Shown here: positions 18,939-28,344 of the stretch, in pieces
How positions within the stretch are numbered: position 1 is the first letter of the stretch
How the letters are laid out: each line of letters begins with the position of its first letter
NCBI GenBank assembly: GCA_036336595.1
Contig: JAYZFV010000034.1
Span: forward strand, 1 to 58,395
Reading direction: 5' to 3'
Source of the DNA: Thermoplasmatota archaeon
GTDB lineage: Archaea; Thermoplasmatota; Poseidoniia; Poseidoniales; Thalassarchaeaceae
DNA: 58,395 nucleotides
The notes under the pieces: generated by a model
The model's input: only the letters and a program-made list of their open reading frames with translations
Told to the model about the DNA's origin: nothing
The model's database searches: none
Made by a program: the position numbers and the translations under genes

Positions 18939-21146
18939 TCAATCGGTGTACTGGGACTCCCCGGGAATCTCTTCCTTCAGTCCCTTCCGTTGCCTAATCT
19001 CACCGCTGACCTTGTGGAATAGATCGGAAGGAACTTGGACGTAGCCGGCGTTCTCGGTATTCCATACGGCCCTTCCTTGTGTTGCTGCCCTGATGTCGTT
19101 GGAGAATCCAAACGACTCGGCCACAGGCATCTTGCCGATGACGCTAGCGACTCCGCCCTCTACAGGCATGTCCTCGATGACTCCCCTCCTGGTCGAAACT
19201 TCTCTTGTGATGCCCCCAATCCATTCGTTGGGAGCATCTATCCTGATCTTCTGGATAGGCTCGAACATCACTGAACCAGCCCTGATTAACGCTCCCTTGA
19301 TGGCGTTCCTAACGGCCGGAATTGTCTGTGCAGGACCCCTGTGGATGGCATCCTCGTGCAACTTAGCGTCAACTAGCCTGACCATTACACCAGTCAAGGG
19401 CTCTTCGGCAATGGGACCCTTCTTGCAGACGTCGTTGAATGCTTCGATAATCAGTTCCCGGGTCTCATGGAGGTTCTGAATGCCCTTGGTATCGTTGACT
19501 AGAATGGTGGTCCCGTTTATGGCGTATATCTTCCTCATCAGGTTCTTGTCCAAGCCGAACTCTGCGAACTTGTTGCCGGTTTCCTTCGCGTCCTTGGCAC
19601 GAACAGGGCCATCCCCGAAGTGACCCTCCCTGAGGGCTTGGACAACATCCTCTGTTAGGGGCTCGACCTCGATGTAGAATCGATTGTGCCTGTTAGGGGA
19701 CTTACCTTCGAAGGGACGGCCCTTGTTGTCGCCAGATATGGACTCTCGATAGACCACAATGGGCTCGCTGACGTTGACTTTGATGCCTTGCTCCTCCTCT
19801 AGCCTGTAGACGGTGATCTCCAGATGCAGCTCACCCATTCCAGCTAGCAGAGCCTCGCCCGTTTCTTGGTTGGTTGAGACTTCTAAGGATGCGTCGGCCT
19901 TCGCCAGTCCCCTTAGCGCGTCAATGAACTTCGGCAGATCCTTCATTGCCTTGGGCTCAATTGCAACAGTAACGACGGGTTCTGAGTAGTGGCGTATGGC
20001 TTCGAACGGTGTGGCATCCTGATCGCGTGCGATAGTAACGCCGGCAGCAGCGCTCCTGACCCCAGTAAGTGCAGCTATGTTGCCTGCCGACACCCCTGAG
20101 ACTTGAATTCGGTCGCTCCCCACCATCATACTGACTTGCTGTACTCGCTCGGCCTTTGCTGAACCGATCGCCCAAACGGTCTCGCCCTGCTTGATGGTAC
20201 CTGAATACACCCTACCCACTGCGACTTCGCCTGCATGCTGGTCCATCCAAATCTTGGTAATCATCAGCGAAAGAGGGCCATCTGAGTCGCACTGCAACAT
20301 GGACTCGCCGACCTCAGATTCCAATTCCCCTTGCCAAATGTTAGGAATCCGGTACTCTTGTGCGATCAGTGGGGAAGGTAGTTTCTCAACTGTCATGTCG
20401 AGGAGAACTTCGTGCACGGGCGCTTTCTTAGCAAGCTCACGCTGTTGCTCATTGTGACAATGCTCGAAGATTTCCTTGAATGAAATTCCTGACTTGGACA
20501 TGTACGGCACGGTGATGCCCCAGTTGTGGTAAGCAGAGCCGAATGCGACAGTGCCGTCTTGGACGCTGACCTGCCAGTCCTTCTCGTGCCCCTCGGGAGC
20601 GAAGCGGCTGATCAGGTTGTTGACCTTGGTTATCTGTACCATGAACCTCTCCTGCATGTCCTCGGGAGTTACCTGCAGCTCGTTGATGAGTCGATCGACC
20701 TTGTTGATGAAGAGAACAGGCTTGACTTTCTCCTTCAGAGCCTGTCGAACAACAGTCTCGGTCTGTGGCATCGCCCCCTCTACGGCACAAGTCAGAATTA
20801 TACACCCATCGACAGCTCGCATGGCGCGTGTGACATCGCCTCCGAAGTCGACATGACCAGGGGTGTCGATGAGGTTGATTAGATAGTCCTCATCGTTCAC
20901 TTTGTGGACCATGGAGGCGCTTGCTGCATTGATTGTGATGCCTCTAGCGCTCTCTTGGTCATCAAAGTCTAGGACCCTCGACTTGCCAGCCAATTCCTCT
21001 GACATCATACCCGCGCCGGCAATCAGGTTGTCCGAGAGAGTGGTCTTGCCATGATCGATGTGGGCGGCGATTGCGAGGTTCCTGATGCGATCACGAGTAT
21101 GCATCACCTCAGTGGCACGCTTGATGTTATCTTCCTTGCGTCCCAT
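18939..21146 (-). CDS. fusA: Translation elongation factor 2
   Basis: AHIDHGKTT, RGITI, DTPGHVDF and NKVD G-motifs, plus the diphthamide loop LHEDAIHRGPAQ. Confidence 0.98.
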   Translation of the reverse strand: MGRKEDNIKRATEVMHTRDRIRNLAIAAHIDHGKTTLSDNLIAGAGMMSEELAGKSRVLDFDDQESARGITINAASASMVHKVNDEDYLINLIDTPGHVDFGGDVTRAMRAVDGCIILTCAVEGAMPQTETVVRQALKEKVKPVLFINKVDRLINELQVTPEDMQERFMVQITKVNNLISRFAPEGHEKDWQVSVQDGTVAFGSAYHNWGITVPYMSKSGISFKEIFEHCHNEQQRELAKKAPVHEVLLDMTVEKLPSPLIAQEYRIPNIWQGELESEVGESMLQCDSDGPLSLMITKIWMDQHAGEVAVGRVYSGTIKQGETVWAIGSAKAERVQQVSMMVGSDRIQVSGVSAGNIAALTGVRSAAAGVTIARDQDATPFEAIRHYSEPVVTVAIEPKAMKDLPKFIDALRGLAKADASLEVSTNQETGEALLAGMGELHLEITVYRLEEEQGIKVNVSEPIVVYRESISGDNKGRPFEGKSPNRHNRFYIEVEPLTEDVVQALREGHFGDGPVRAKDAKETGNKFAEFGLDKNLMRKIYAINGTTILVNDTKGIQNLHETRELIIEAFNDVCKKGPIAEEPLTGVMVRLVDAKLHEDAIHRGPAQTIPAVRNAIKGALIRAGSVMFEPIQKIRIDAPNEWIGGITREVSTRRGVIEDMPVEGGVASVIGKMPVAESFGFSNDIRAATQGRAVWNTENAGYVQVPSDLFHKVSGEIRQRKGLKEEIPGESQYTD

Positions 21147-21252
21147 AGCAGACCCCTGAATGATTTGCCGACCTGAAAGCGGTTCATAAAGCCGATTGAC
21201 CCATAGAAAGACACGTTGTCAAAACGATTGACTGAGGGGTTCCAAGACTAGG

Positions 21253-21879
21253 TCATCTCGCAGAGGCCGCAATCCTCTCGACTTCGTGCCTCTTTCCGAC
21301 AGCGTAAGAGTTGATGTCACCCTCAGCGGCCTTGGTGAGTTCTGAGATTACTCCCTGTGTCAACGATCTCTTACTCTTCCTTGTCGCCGAGGCGGAACCG
21401 ATCGCGAGGTTACGCAGTGCGACATCTAGACGACGGCTCGGAGAAGAGTCGACAGCCTTGGGCACGTTGACCGCACCCACCCTAATCCGAGTCGTCTCCT
21501 CACATGGGGCGGCTTCGGTAATGGCGTCTATGAACTTCTGTAACGGGTTCTCCCCACTCCTCTCGTGAATCATGTCGAAAGCGTCCTCGAGGGACTTGGC
21601 ACAGTGCTGTTTCTTGCCGCTGAACTTCCCAGACCGCATCAGGTTGTTGATGAACCTCTCAATTATCGAGAGGTCTTTTTTGCCGAACCATGCGTTGGCA
21701 TGCTTGCCCCCGGTGTGTGGGGTCCCTATCGTCCTGAGGTTGACGTAGGGGGAAATTCCTGGGTCGTTGCAGACCACCTCCGCAGCATCCCACTTGCCGA
21801 AGACCATCGTGCCTATGCCTGCAATCGGAATCTGCTCTTCGATTTGCTCTTCGCTTTGTTCTTCAACCTCGCCTTCCAT
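21253..21879 (-). CDS. rps7: 30S ribosomal protein S7
   Basis: PHTGGKH, IIERFINNLM, NPLQ, AVDSSPSRR and KRHEVERIAASAR motifs. Confidence 0.96.
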   Translation of the reverse strand: MEGEVEEQSEEQIEEQIPIAGIGTMVFGKWDAAEVVCNDPGISPYVNLRTIGTPHTGGKHANAWFGKKDLSIIERFINNLMRSGKFSGKKQHCAKSLEDAFDMIHERSGENPLQKFIDAITEAAPCEETTRIRVGAVNVPKAVDSSPSRRLDVALRNLAIGSASATRKSKRSLTQGVISELTKAAEGDINSYAVGKRHEVERIAASAR

Positions 21880-21888
21880 AGAGCCACC

Positions 21889-22329
21889 TCAGCGCACCGG
21901 CTTCTCCTTTCGACCACGGACCATCTCGTCCAAGGAAACGCCATTTACCTTGATTACCTTGTACCTAACCCCGGGAAGGTCCCCATATGAACGGCCCTTG
22001 CTGCCTCCGATGCCTTCAACCATTACCTCGTCATGTTCGTCGATAAACGAAATCGCCCCGTCACCGGGAGCGAATGCGGTCAGTCTGTTTCCAGTTCGGA
22101 TCAGACTGATCTTGACCGCCTTTCTGATTGCGGAATTCGGCTGCTTGGCCTCGAAACCTACCTTCTCAATGACTATTCCCTTGGCTTGAGGACTTCCTCG
22201 CAAGGGATCGTGCTTCAGCAATCCACCCTGTCGCCGCTTGGCCTGACGGTTCCTAAATTTCCTCTCCTTCCATCGGTACTTCTTGCGATCGGCCTTCATC
22301 TTCGAACCCGAGAAAAGACCCCGTCCCAA
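21889..22329 (-). CDS. rps12: 30S ribosomal protein S12
   Basis: [18 protein letters not shown] and [10 protein letters not shown] motifs. TTG start with GAGGTG 5 nt upstream. Confidence 0.97.
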   Translation of the reverse strand: MGRGLFSGSKMKADRKKYRWKERKFRNRQAKRRQGGLLKHDPLRGSPQAKGIVIEKVGFEAKQPNSAIRKAVKISLIRTGNRLTAFAPGDGAISFIDEHDEVMVEGIGGSKGRSYGDLPGVRYKVIKVNGVSLDEMVRGRKEKPVR

Positions 22330-22463
22330 GCATACACCTCTGGATGACGGGCCGGCGACCTGACATCGGTTTATGAGACTGACGGGGGCGCAACCGTTGA
22401 GTTACGTCTCGATGCTGTTCCCGTGAGCCAACATTGAAGCAGATTGGGCGGTCGGGCGACACT

Positions 22464-23735
22464 ATGGGCTTCCGTGAAATGCTTCAGGGCGTCCAAGTCG
22501 TGGATGAGCTCGTCAGCGTGCGTCACGAAATGCTCGAGCGCTCAATGGCATCCGAGCACCGGCCCTTGCTTCTAACCAACGTAAAGGAGTCACCTGGACA
22601 TCGAGCGGCGCTCAACATCATTGACAGGGATAGGCTCTGCGAATCCTTCGGAGTTGAACCTGGGGAGTTGATTGACATCCTTGCATGGGCGATGAATAAC
22701 CCCTCTGAGCCAGTTATGGTTAGCCCTCCGGAGGCACCTGTCCTAGAGAACACCATGGAGAAGGTGGACCTTACGGCTCTACCCATCCCATGGCACTATC
22801 CAGAAGACGGTGGTAGATACCAGTCAGCATCGGTGATTATCGCCCAGTACGATGGCACTAGGAACGCATCGTTCCACAGACAACTTCTCAGAGATGCGAC
22901 ACATACAGTATCTAGATTCGTGCCCCGTCATCTCCGGACCATGACTGACAACGCAATTGAGGCTGGCAACGAGATTCCGATTGCCGTTGTGAACGGTCCT
23001 GATCCAGTGGTACTGCTTGCCGGTGCCATGTCATTCGACGAACCGCTCTACGAGCTTAGGGTCGCAGCCGCCCTCCATGAGAGATTTTACGACGACTCAC
23101 TTAGGATTGTGGAGCTCTCAAACGGTGTGGCTGTACCCGCAGACTCAGAGTACGCCATGGAGGCCCGGATAACCCTGCAGACAGATCGGGAGGGACCCTA
23201 CGTCGACATCACAGGAACTTTGGATAGCATAAGGCTCGAGCCAGTCATCGAATACGATGCGATCCATCACAGGAACTCGCCAGTCTTCCATGCCCTTATT
23301 CCCGCGGGATTGGAGCACAAGACCCTCATGGGATTACCGAGGGCACCCACTATCAAAGCAGCCGTGTCAGAGGTTGCGACCTGTACTGATGTCTACCTTA
23401 CGGAAGGAGGCTGCGGATGGCTCTCTTCCGTAGTACAAATAGTGCCAAAGCAAAAGGGTGACGGGGTCAAGGCCATCCATGCTGCCCTCGATGGGCATAG
23501 GTCGATGAAGCAGGTGATCGTCGTCGATGGTGACATCGATGTCACCGATCCTGCTCGCGTCGAATGGGCCCTGATGACTCGGTGGCAACCCGATATTGAC
23601 ACAGTGATACTCTCTAGTCAGAAGGGCTCGAGTCTCGACCCTAGCCGTGATGAAGACGGCACTACGAGCAAGATTGGCATGGATGCGACATTAGATCCCT
23701 CTATCGATCGCTCAGCCTTCGAATCGGTGCTGTGA
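22464..23735 (+). CDS. UbiD-family prFMN-dependent decarboxylase, probably anhydromevalonate phosphate decarboxylase
   Basis: LPIPWHYPEDGGRY, NASFHR, EGPYVDITGT, EHKTLMG, GGCGWL, KQVIVVDGDIDV and GSSLDPS motifs; about 423 aa. Confidence 0.85.
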   Translation: MGFREMLQGVQVVDELVSVRHEMLERSMASEHRPLLLTNVKESPGHRAALNIIDRDRLCESFGVEPGELIDILAWAMNNPSEPVMVSPPEAPVLENTMEKVDLTALPIPWHYPEDGGRYQSASVIIAQYDGTRNASFHRQLLRDATHTVSRFVPRHLRTMTDNAIEAGNEIPIAVVNGPDPVVLLAGAMSFDEPLYELRVAAALHERFYDDSLRIVELSNGVAVPADSEYAMEARITLQTDREGPYVDITGTLDSIRLEPVIEYDAIHHRNSPVFHALIPAGLEHKTLMGLPRAPTIKAAVSEVATCTDVYLTEGGCGWLSSVVQIVPKQKGDGVKAIHAALDGHRSMKQVIVVDGDIDVTDPARVEWALMTRWQPDIDTVILSSQKGSSLDPSRDEDGTTSKIGMDATLDPSIDRSAFESVL

Positions 23736-23744
23736 GAGTTCCTT

Positions 23745-24731
23745 ATGTCCGAACGGCCACCTGGGATCACAGAGTCCCTACAGCATCCTAGGCGTAGCTT
23801 GGGCAACCGATACAGAAGCCAGGCTGAGAAATTCCTGAGAATCTCAGAGAGTGACCCCACAGGACTTTCGTGGGCCGAGCAGAGCGCGAAGCAAAGCGTT
23901 CTTCATGACTTCACGAACCCAGACAACTGGAGAATCCTTGTCAGAATAAAAATCAGTATTGGGGACGCCGAGGGAGTCAGGGCTGTTCTCAAGGACCTGA
24001 TCACAGTGTTAGGGAGGGACTCGATCCACCTGTCCCAACTGGATGAAATTGACATCCTCGGTTCTGCTGTTTCCCTTCTAGAAGGTGCCCTGAAAGCCGA
24101 TCCGCTAGACCCGGATGAGTGGTGGGATGACGTTGGCGATGACGACTCAGCGATTAGCGAGTTCTCCTCACGCCTGAAGAGGCTGGATGTCAGAGACGCT
24201 CGTGCTAACATTCTGTTCTCGAGGAGGCTTGAGAGGCTAAGGGCGAACGGCAAAGAGGATCTGTTCCTCGATCTATCGAGGTACCTTCTCGCTCAACGGC
24301 CCAACAATCACGAGGCGTGGGAGGAGTTGGGTAGAATGTACGAAAGGAGGGAAGAGTACGACCAAGCCTGGCTATGTTACGATCAAGCACAGATTCACTT
24401 CCCTCGATCAGGCGCCCGGGACCGCTTCAAGGAGAGAATGGCGGAAGGTCTAGCAGGTAGCGAGAGGATTCCATGGAAATCCCCAGGCATATCTGACAGA
24501 GTCGAATTTCTCGATAGGATGAGGGAGCTGTCCGTTCCGGCACCCCACAAATTCGAGGAAGAAGATGCACATGAGGTAGAGGGGGGCGGGGCTCTCACGG
24601 AGATTGAAAGGCTGCGCAGCAGCGGAAGGCTGCCAGAGGCCTTCTTCCTTGCACGAAGGATGGCAGCGGAGGGGCATGAAGACGCGGCCGACCTTGTAGA
24701 GGGGATTTTGGGGGAAATGGAAGATGGGTGA
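23745..24731 (+). CDS. TPR-containing hypothetical protein
   Basis: TPR-like segment PNNHEAWEELGRMYERREEYDQAWLCYDQA. Starts 9 nt after the UbiD stop. Confidence 0.7.
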   Translation: MSERPPGITESLQHPRRSLGNRYRSQAEKFLRISESDPTGLSWAEQSAKQSVLHDFTNPDNWRILVRIKISIGDAEGVRAVLKDLITVLGRDSIHLSQLDEIDILGSAVSLLEGALKADPLDPDEWWDDVGDDDSAISEFSSRLKRLDVRDARANILFSRRLERLRANGKEDLFLDLSRYLLAQRPNNHEAWEELGRMYERREEYDQAWLCYDQAQIHFPRSGARDRFKERMAEGLAGSERIPWKSPGISDRVEFLDRMRELSVPAPHKFEEEDAHEVEGGGALTEIERLRSSGRLPEAFFLARRMAAEGHEDAADLVEGILGEMEDG

Positions 24732-25125
24732 TGGGTTCGTGGTCATTTGGGCGATTCCAGATTCAAACTCAGGAGACAGTGGGTGCTGGGTGATGGTACG
24801 GCACAAAGATCGAGGTTGGGAGTTACCCGGTGGCGCCATTCACGAAGGAGAGGGGGCCGATGTAGCCGCACTCCGAGAATTATACGAGGAAACAGGGCTG
24901 CTGGGGATAGCAAAGGCAGTGGAAGAGAAAATCGTGGAGGGCGGCTGCGTCGTTCTTGTTACGGTGGCGGAATCTCCTCTCCCAGATGCATGGCCATCGA
25001 GCGACGACTCGATTGAGGAGGTGGGTTGGTGCAGGGAAGTTCCAGAGAACTTGGCATGGGATGCAGAGGAGATAGAGAGGATCCTGAATCACGACTGGAG
25101 TGCCTCGATTAGCCTAGAATCCTGA
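24724..25125 (+). CDS. NUDIX hydrolase
   Basis: Nudix box WELPGG.....E....AALRELYEETGL. Confidence 0.88.
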   Translation: MGDGFVVIWAIPDSNSGDSGCWVMVRHKDRGWELPGGAIHEGEGADVAALRELYEETGLLGIAKAVEEKIVEGGCVVLVTVAESPLPDAWPSSDDSIEEVGWCREVPENLAWDAEEIERILNHDWSASISLES

Positions 25126-25922
25126 ATCTCCCCCTTCCTTGACTCCAGAGTGGCCCTCCACGAAGGCTCCCCAATGAGGTCACTGGCATCTAGTACCAGT
25201 CCTAGATCGTCCCTCGTCCCCCCAGATAGGTCTTCGATGATCACCGGGAGGATTTCATTCACCACCTCTCTAATGTCATCTGGATGGGCCGCGATGCTTG
25301 TTTTGCCAGGTGCCTCCCTCGGTTTGGCATTCACGATTCTATCACTCATCCTCGGGGACGAGGAATCGATGTCATCCAGTGCCATGTCTAGCCACTCCAT
25401 GCCACTGACTAGGGCTTCCCCGGTCATCTTTGACTCCGTGAGTCGCTTCATAGCGATCCAGAGGTGCCTCATTGCTGGCTCGAAATCGTCCATTTCGCAT
25501 AGGATTCTCCCAGACTCCAGTCGCGATAGCCCAATGACGTCGTTGGGGTGCCCATTAGAGGACGAGATATCGGATAGTGTCACAAGCGCCATCATCGACT
25601 CCCCCCCGTTTCTATGCCATGCACCGAGGTTCAACAATGCCAACCCATGCAACGGAGAGCCGAATGACGCGGCCGCCAAGCGATCCACGCACCATCGTAA
25701 TTCAGTTCCAATGTGCTCGCTCTCGACCGCGCCCAAAAGGGCCCTTTCCATCCTCAACCAAGCCTCCATCTCGAAATCTCTCTCCTCGATACTCCGAGAC
25801 CGATCCAGAAGGCTCTCACTGAGATCCATGGCTTGTTCAGTAAGACCCCCGGAAAGAAATCCCTTGAGGAGAAGAGAGTCCACGGCTAGTTGGGTAGACC
25901 CATTAACTGTCGAGGAAGACAT
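25089..25922 (-). CDS. Hypothetical helical-repeat protein, last gene of the exosome superoperon
   Basis: 277-aa ORF 9 nt after pfdB, with a GAGGTG Shine-Dalgarno upstream of the ATG and TPR-like helices. Confidence 0.65.
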   Translation of the reverse strand: MSSSTVNGSTQLAVDSLLLKGFLSGGLTEQAMDLSESLLDRSRSIEERDFEMEAWLRMERALLGAVESEHIGTELRWCVDRLAAASFGSPLHGLALLNLGAWHRNGGESMMALVTLSDISSSNGHPNDVIGLSRLESGRILCEMDDFEPAMRHLWIAMKRLTESKMTGEALVSGMEWLDMALDDIDSSSPRMSDRIVNAKPREAPGKTSIAAHPDDIREVVNEILPVIIEDLSGGTRDDLGLVLDASDLIGEPSWRATLESRKGEIQDSRLIEALQS

Positions 25923-25931
25923 GGATGCACC

Positions 25932-26240
25932 TCATTCCCCCTCGAAGGCTTCCGCCAGTCTCTCGTACTGGTCCCTGACTCCCTCTTCCTTCTCCATGAG
26001 CCTGTTAAGGTGATCCTCGAGGGTGGTTTTTGCTTCGGTCAGATCGTTAACTAGGGAATCCCTATCGTCAACCTCCAGGAGGAGGTTACCGAAGGATCGA
26101 AAGACCGGTCTCTCGGGATCCTGTTTCTCGAGTGCCTCGACAGTGATTCCGTACTCAGATACTTGGGATGATAGCGTCTGGATCTGGTTCCTGACTACCT
26201 GGAGCTCCCTAGCAACTCCCTGAATCTCCTCGGCAGTCAC
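25932..26240 (-). CDS. pfdB: Prefoldin beta subunit
   Basis: Coiled coil - PVFRSFGNLLLEV hairpin - coiled coil, in the canonical superoperon position. GTG start at 26240. Confidence 0.88.
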   Translation of the reverse strand: MTAEEIQGVARELQVVRNQIQTLSSQVSEYGITVEALEKQDPERPVFRSFGNLLLEVDDRDSLVNDLTEAKTTLEDHLNRLMEKEEGVRDQYERLAEAFEGE

Positions 26241-26247
26241 TTGCTCG

Positions 26248-26490
26248 CTAATCGGATCCCCTCCCTCGAGTTGCTTCAAGCGATTGCTCAGAGGCAATTA
26301 ACCCTCGCATTACCGTGTTCCACCTAGCCCTGAGGTCGTTGAAGCTGTGAGAATCAAGAAAGATTCTGAGGTGCCCGTTTTCGTTAGCGTGCTCGGCCTC
26401 GGTGACTAGGGCTGCAGAAAGAGCCTCTGCTTGAGGGTGCTCTACGGAGAGACGTAGAAGTATGGTCTCATTCCTCTTCGGAACTGGCAT
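26248..26490 (-). CDS. pcc1: KEOPS complex subunit Pcc1-like protein
   Basis: 80 aa with LRIFLDSHSFNDLRARWNTVMR, similar to the Pcc1 LRA..NS..R motif. Lies between rpl37Ae and pfdB. Confidence 0.7.
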   Translation of the reverse strand: MPVPKRNETILLRLSVEHPQAEALSAALVTEAEHANENGHLRIFLDSHSFNDLRARWNTVMRGLIASEQSLEATRGRGSD

Positions 26491-26836
26491 CTGGATCTCT
26501 CTCTGCTAGCTTTCGCTCGTATTCAAGTGCTGCTTGCTGAGCGATCACTGTCATATCGGTGGCTGTCGCCCCCTCCATCGAACGGCGAACAATGCGTTTG
26601 TTGGCGTCCGAGGCCCTCGTGTACGGTTCCCAGACGCCGCCCGAAAAGGTGTGTTGGCACTTTCTGCATTCCCAGATTCCGGCTGCCTTCCTGCGGACCT
26701 TGGGGTACTGACAGTTGGGGCAGGTGTATTCCCTCGACTTCTTGGCAATGGCGGAACCGGCCCTACGTCTGACACTGACTCCGTACCTAGGGCCATAGCG
26801 TGCTGTAGCTCCTGCCTTTTGGGTTCTCTTTGCCAA
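26468..26836 (-). CDS. rpl37ae: 50S ribosomal protein L37Ae (eL43)
   Basis: RYGPRYG, CPNC..VRRKAAGIWECRKC and FSGGVW motifs. TTG start with GGTGGTG upstream. Confidence 0.95.
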   Translation of the reverse strand: MAKRTQKAGATARYGPRYGVSVRRRAGSAIAKKSREYTCPNCQYPKVRRKAAGIWECRKCQHTFSGGVWEPYTRASDANKRIVRRSMEGATATDMTVIAQQAALEYERKLAERDPDASSEEE

Positions 26837-26848
26837 TGATACACCACC

Positions 26849-27628
26849 CTAAAGCGAATCTACGATCTTCCTGAGCTCCTTCGATCTTTCCTGGGCGTGA
26901 CCCATGATTTCGGTGAATTCTTCCGTCGTGAAAATTCCCTTTAGACCCTTCTGAAGAGAATGGACATGGTCGTCGTCCCCAAGGGTGATGTGGATTCTCT
27001 CATCACCCCCGAGCTCCTCCCTGCCACACGCGTCGTACACAAATCGGGTGCCGACCTTGTGGTAAGAGCACATTATCGGAGTCTTGGACAAGCTCAACGG
27101 GTAGTCCTCCCCGACCTCGAAGCGCTCTGCCGGGACAACCGCGCTGCGTAAGGCGGCAATGCCAGCGAGCGCGAAAGCGTCGAACAGATTTCCATCGTCG
27201 GAGATCGCGAACAGATCGAGAATTACCTGCCAGGCCTTCTCGCCTGGGATGATGCAGAGGGCATCCACATCGATGCATCCCGACTCCCTTATTCCTCTGT
27301 CCACTACTCGGCCGAGCTCAATCGACTCCGGGCTAGGGGGGCCTGCTTCCCAATGAAGTCCAGCAACGGGCCTGATCTCCGCGGAGCACATCAGACCCCC
27401 CTGGTTGGGCCTGTCCGAGTACGGCTGCATAATCTGAAACTTGACCCCTGCGAAAACAATGGTGTCACCCATTCTGACCCTGGCCGAGCCCTCTGCTCTG
27501 GGCAGAACGGAAATTTCGGCCTCGACGTCACGACCTTCCCAGCGCTGCCTGCCATCTATGCGTGCATCGTTCTCAGCCAACTCAGCAAGGTGGGCACGGA
27601 GCAGTTTCGGAACTAGAGGTATCGCCAT
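26849..27628 (-). CDS. rrp42: Exosome complex component Rrp42
   Basis: RIDGR, AEGSARVRMG.T, ELGRVVDRGIRES and DDGNLFDA motifs. Confidence 0.95.
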   Translation of the reverse strand: MAIPLVPKLLRAHLAELAENDARIDGRQRWEGRDVEAEISVLPRAEGSARVRMGDTIVFAGVKFQIMQPYSDRPNQGGLMCSAEIRPVAGLHWEAGPPSPESIELGRVVDRGIRESGCIDVDALCIIPGEKAWQVILDLFAISDDGNLFDAFALAGIAALRSAVVPAERFEVGEDYPLSLSKTPIMCSYHKVGTRFVYDACGREELGGDERIHITLGDDDHVHSLQKGLKGIFTTEEFTEIMGHAQERSKELRKIVDSL

Positions 27629-28344
27629 CAGGCCTCACCCCCCTTTAGAGAGTCAACCATCAGACGGTGAATCGATTGGACGGCATCCATGTTGTACTGC
27701 CAAGCTTGGTTGAACTCCTCCTGAGAAAGGTCGCCGTCCATCTGGAGGAAGACCACCTCGCCTGAGTTTGGCAGTATACCCATTGGGAGGTCGGCCTCGC
27801 CATAGTTATCCTCCTCTTTATTGAGGTCACACACAACGATATCGTTGATCTTTCCACTTGCAACGCTGACTACCATGTCGGTCATCGGGATACCAGCGTC
27901 AGCTAACGCCACCGAGGCTGCCGTGAGTCCGACGCAACGGGTTCCGGCTTCGGCGCAAACAATCTCGATGCTGATTCTAATCTTAGATCGTGGGTACAGC
28001 TCGAGAAGGACCACGCTCTCAAGGGCGTCTTTAGTGACTTTGCTGACCTCCCTGCTACGTCGGTTGAAACCGGGGCGCATTCGATCAGTTGTTGAGAATG
28101 GGGCCATGTTGTATGCGACATCCAAAACCGCTCGGTCCTGTCGCTGGAGCTTCCTGGGATGGCACTCCATCGGGCCGTAGACGGCAACGATGGCTTCGTT
28201 GGTCCCCCACGTCATCCTGCAGGATCCGTCTGCAACAGGAACAACACCTGTCTGGATGGAAATCTCACGAAGATCGCCGGGCCCCCGTCCATCAACCCTC
28301 AACCCGTTCTCATCAATCATCTGGACATCGCCGTAGCCACCCAT
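27628..28344 (-). CDS. rrp41: Exosome complex exonuclease Rrp41
   Basis: RVDGR, YGP.E.HP, YNMAPFST, RRSRE, AEAGTR and DLNKEED motifs. Confidence 0.96.
   Translation of the reverse strand: MGGYGDVQMIDENGLRVDGRGPGDLREISIQTGVVPVADGSCRMTWGTNEAIVAVYGPMECHPRKLQRQDRAVLDVAYNMAPFSTTDRMRPGFNRRSREVSKVTKDALESVVLLELYPRSKIRISIEIVCAEAGTRCVGLTAASVALADAGIPMTDMVVSVASGKINDIVVCDLNKEEDNYGEADLPMGILPNSGEVVFLQMDGDLSQEEFNQAWQYNMDAVQSIHRLMVDSLKGGEA

Noticed and set aside
18939-22329. rps12-rps7-fusA without upstream RNA polymerase genes or downstream EF-1alpha
   Set aside because: Rearrangement of the str cluster is common in archaea, so this is not a novel system.
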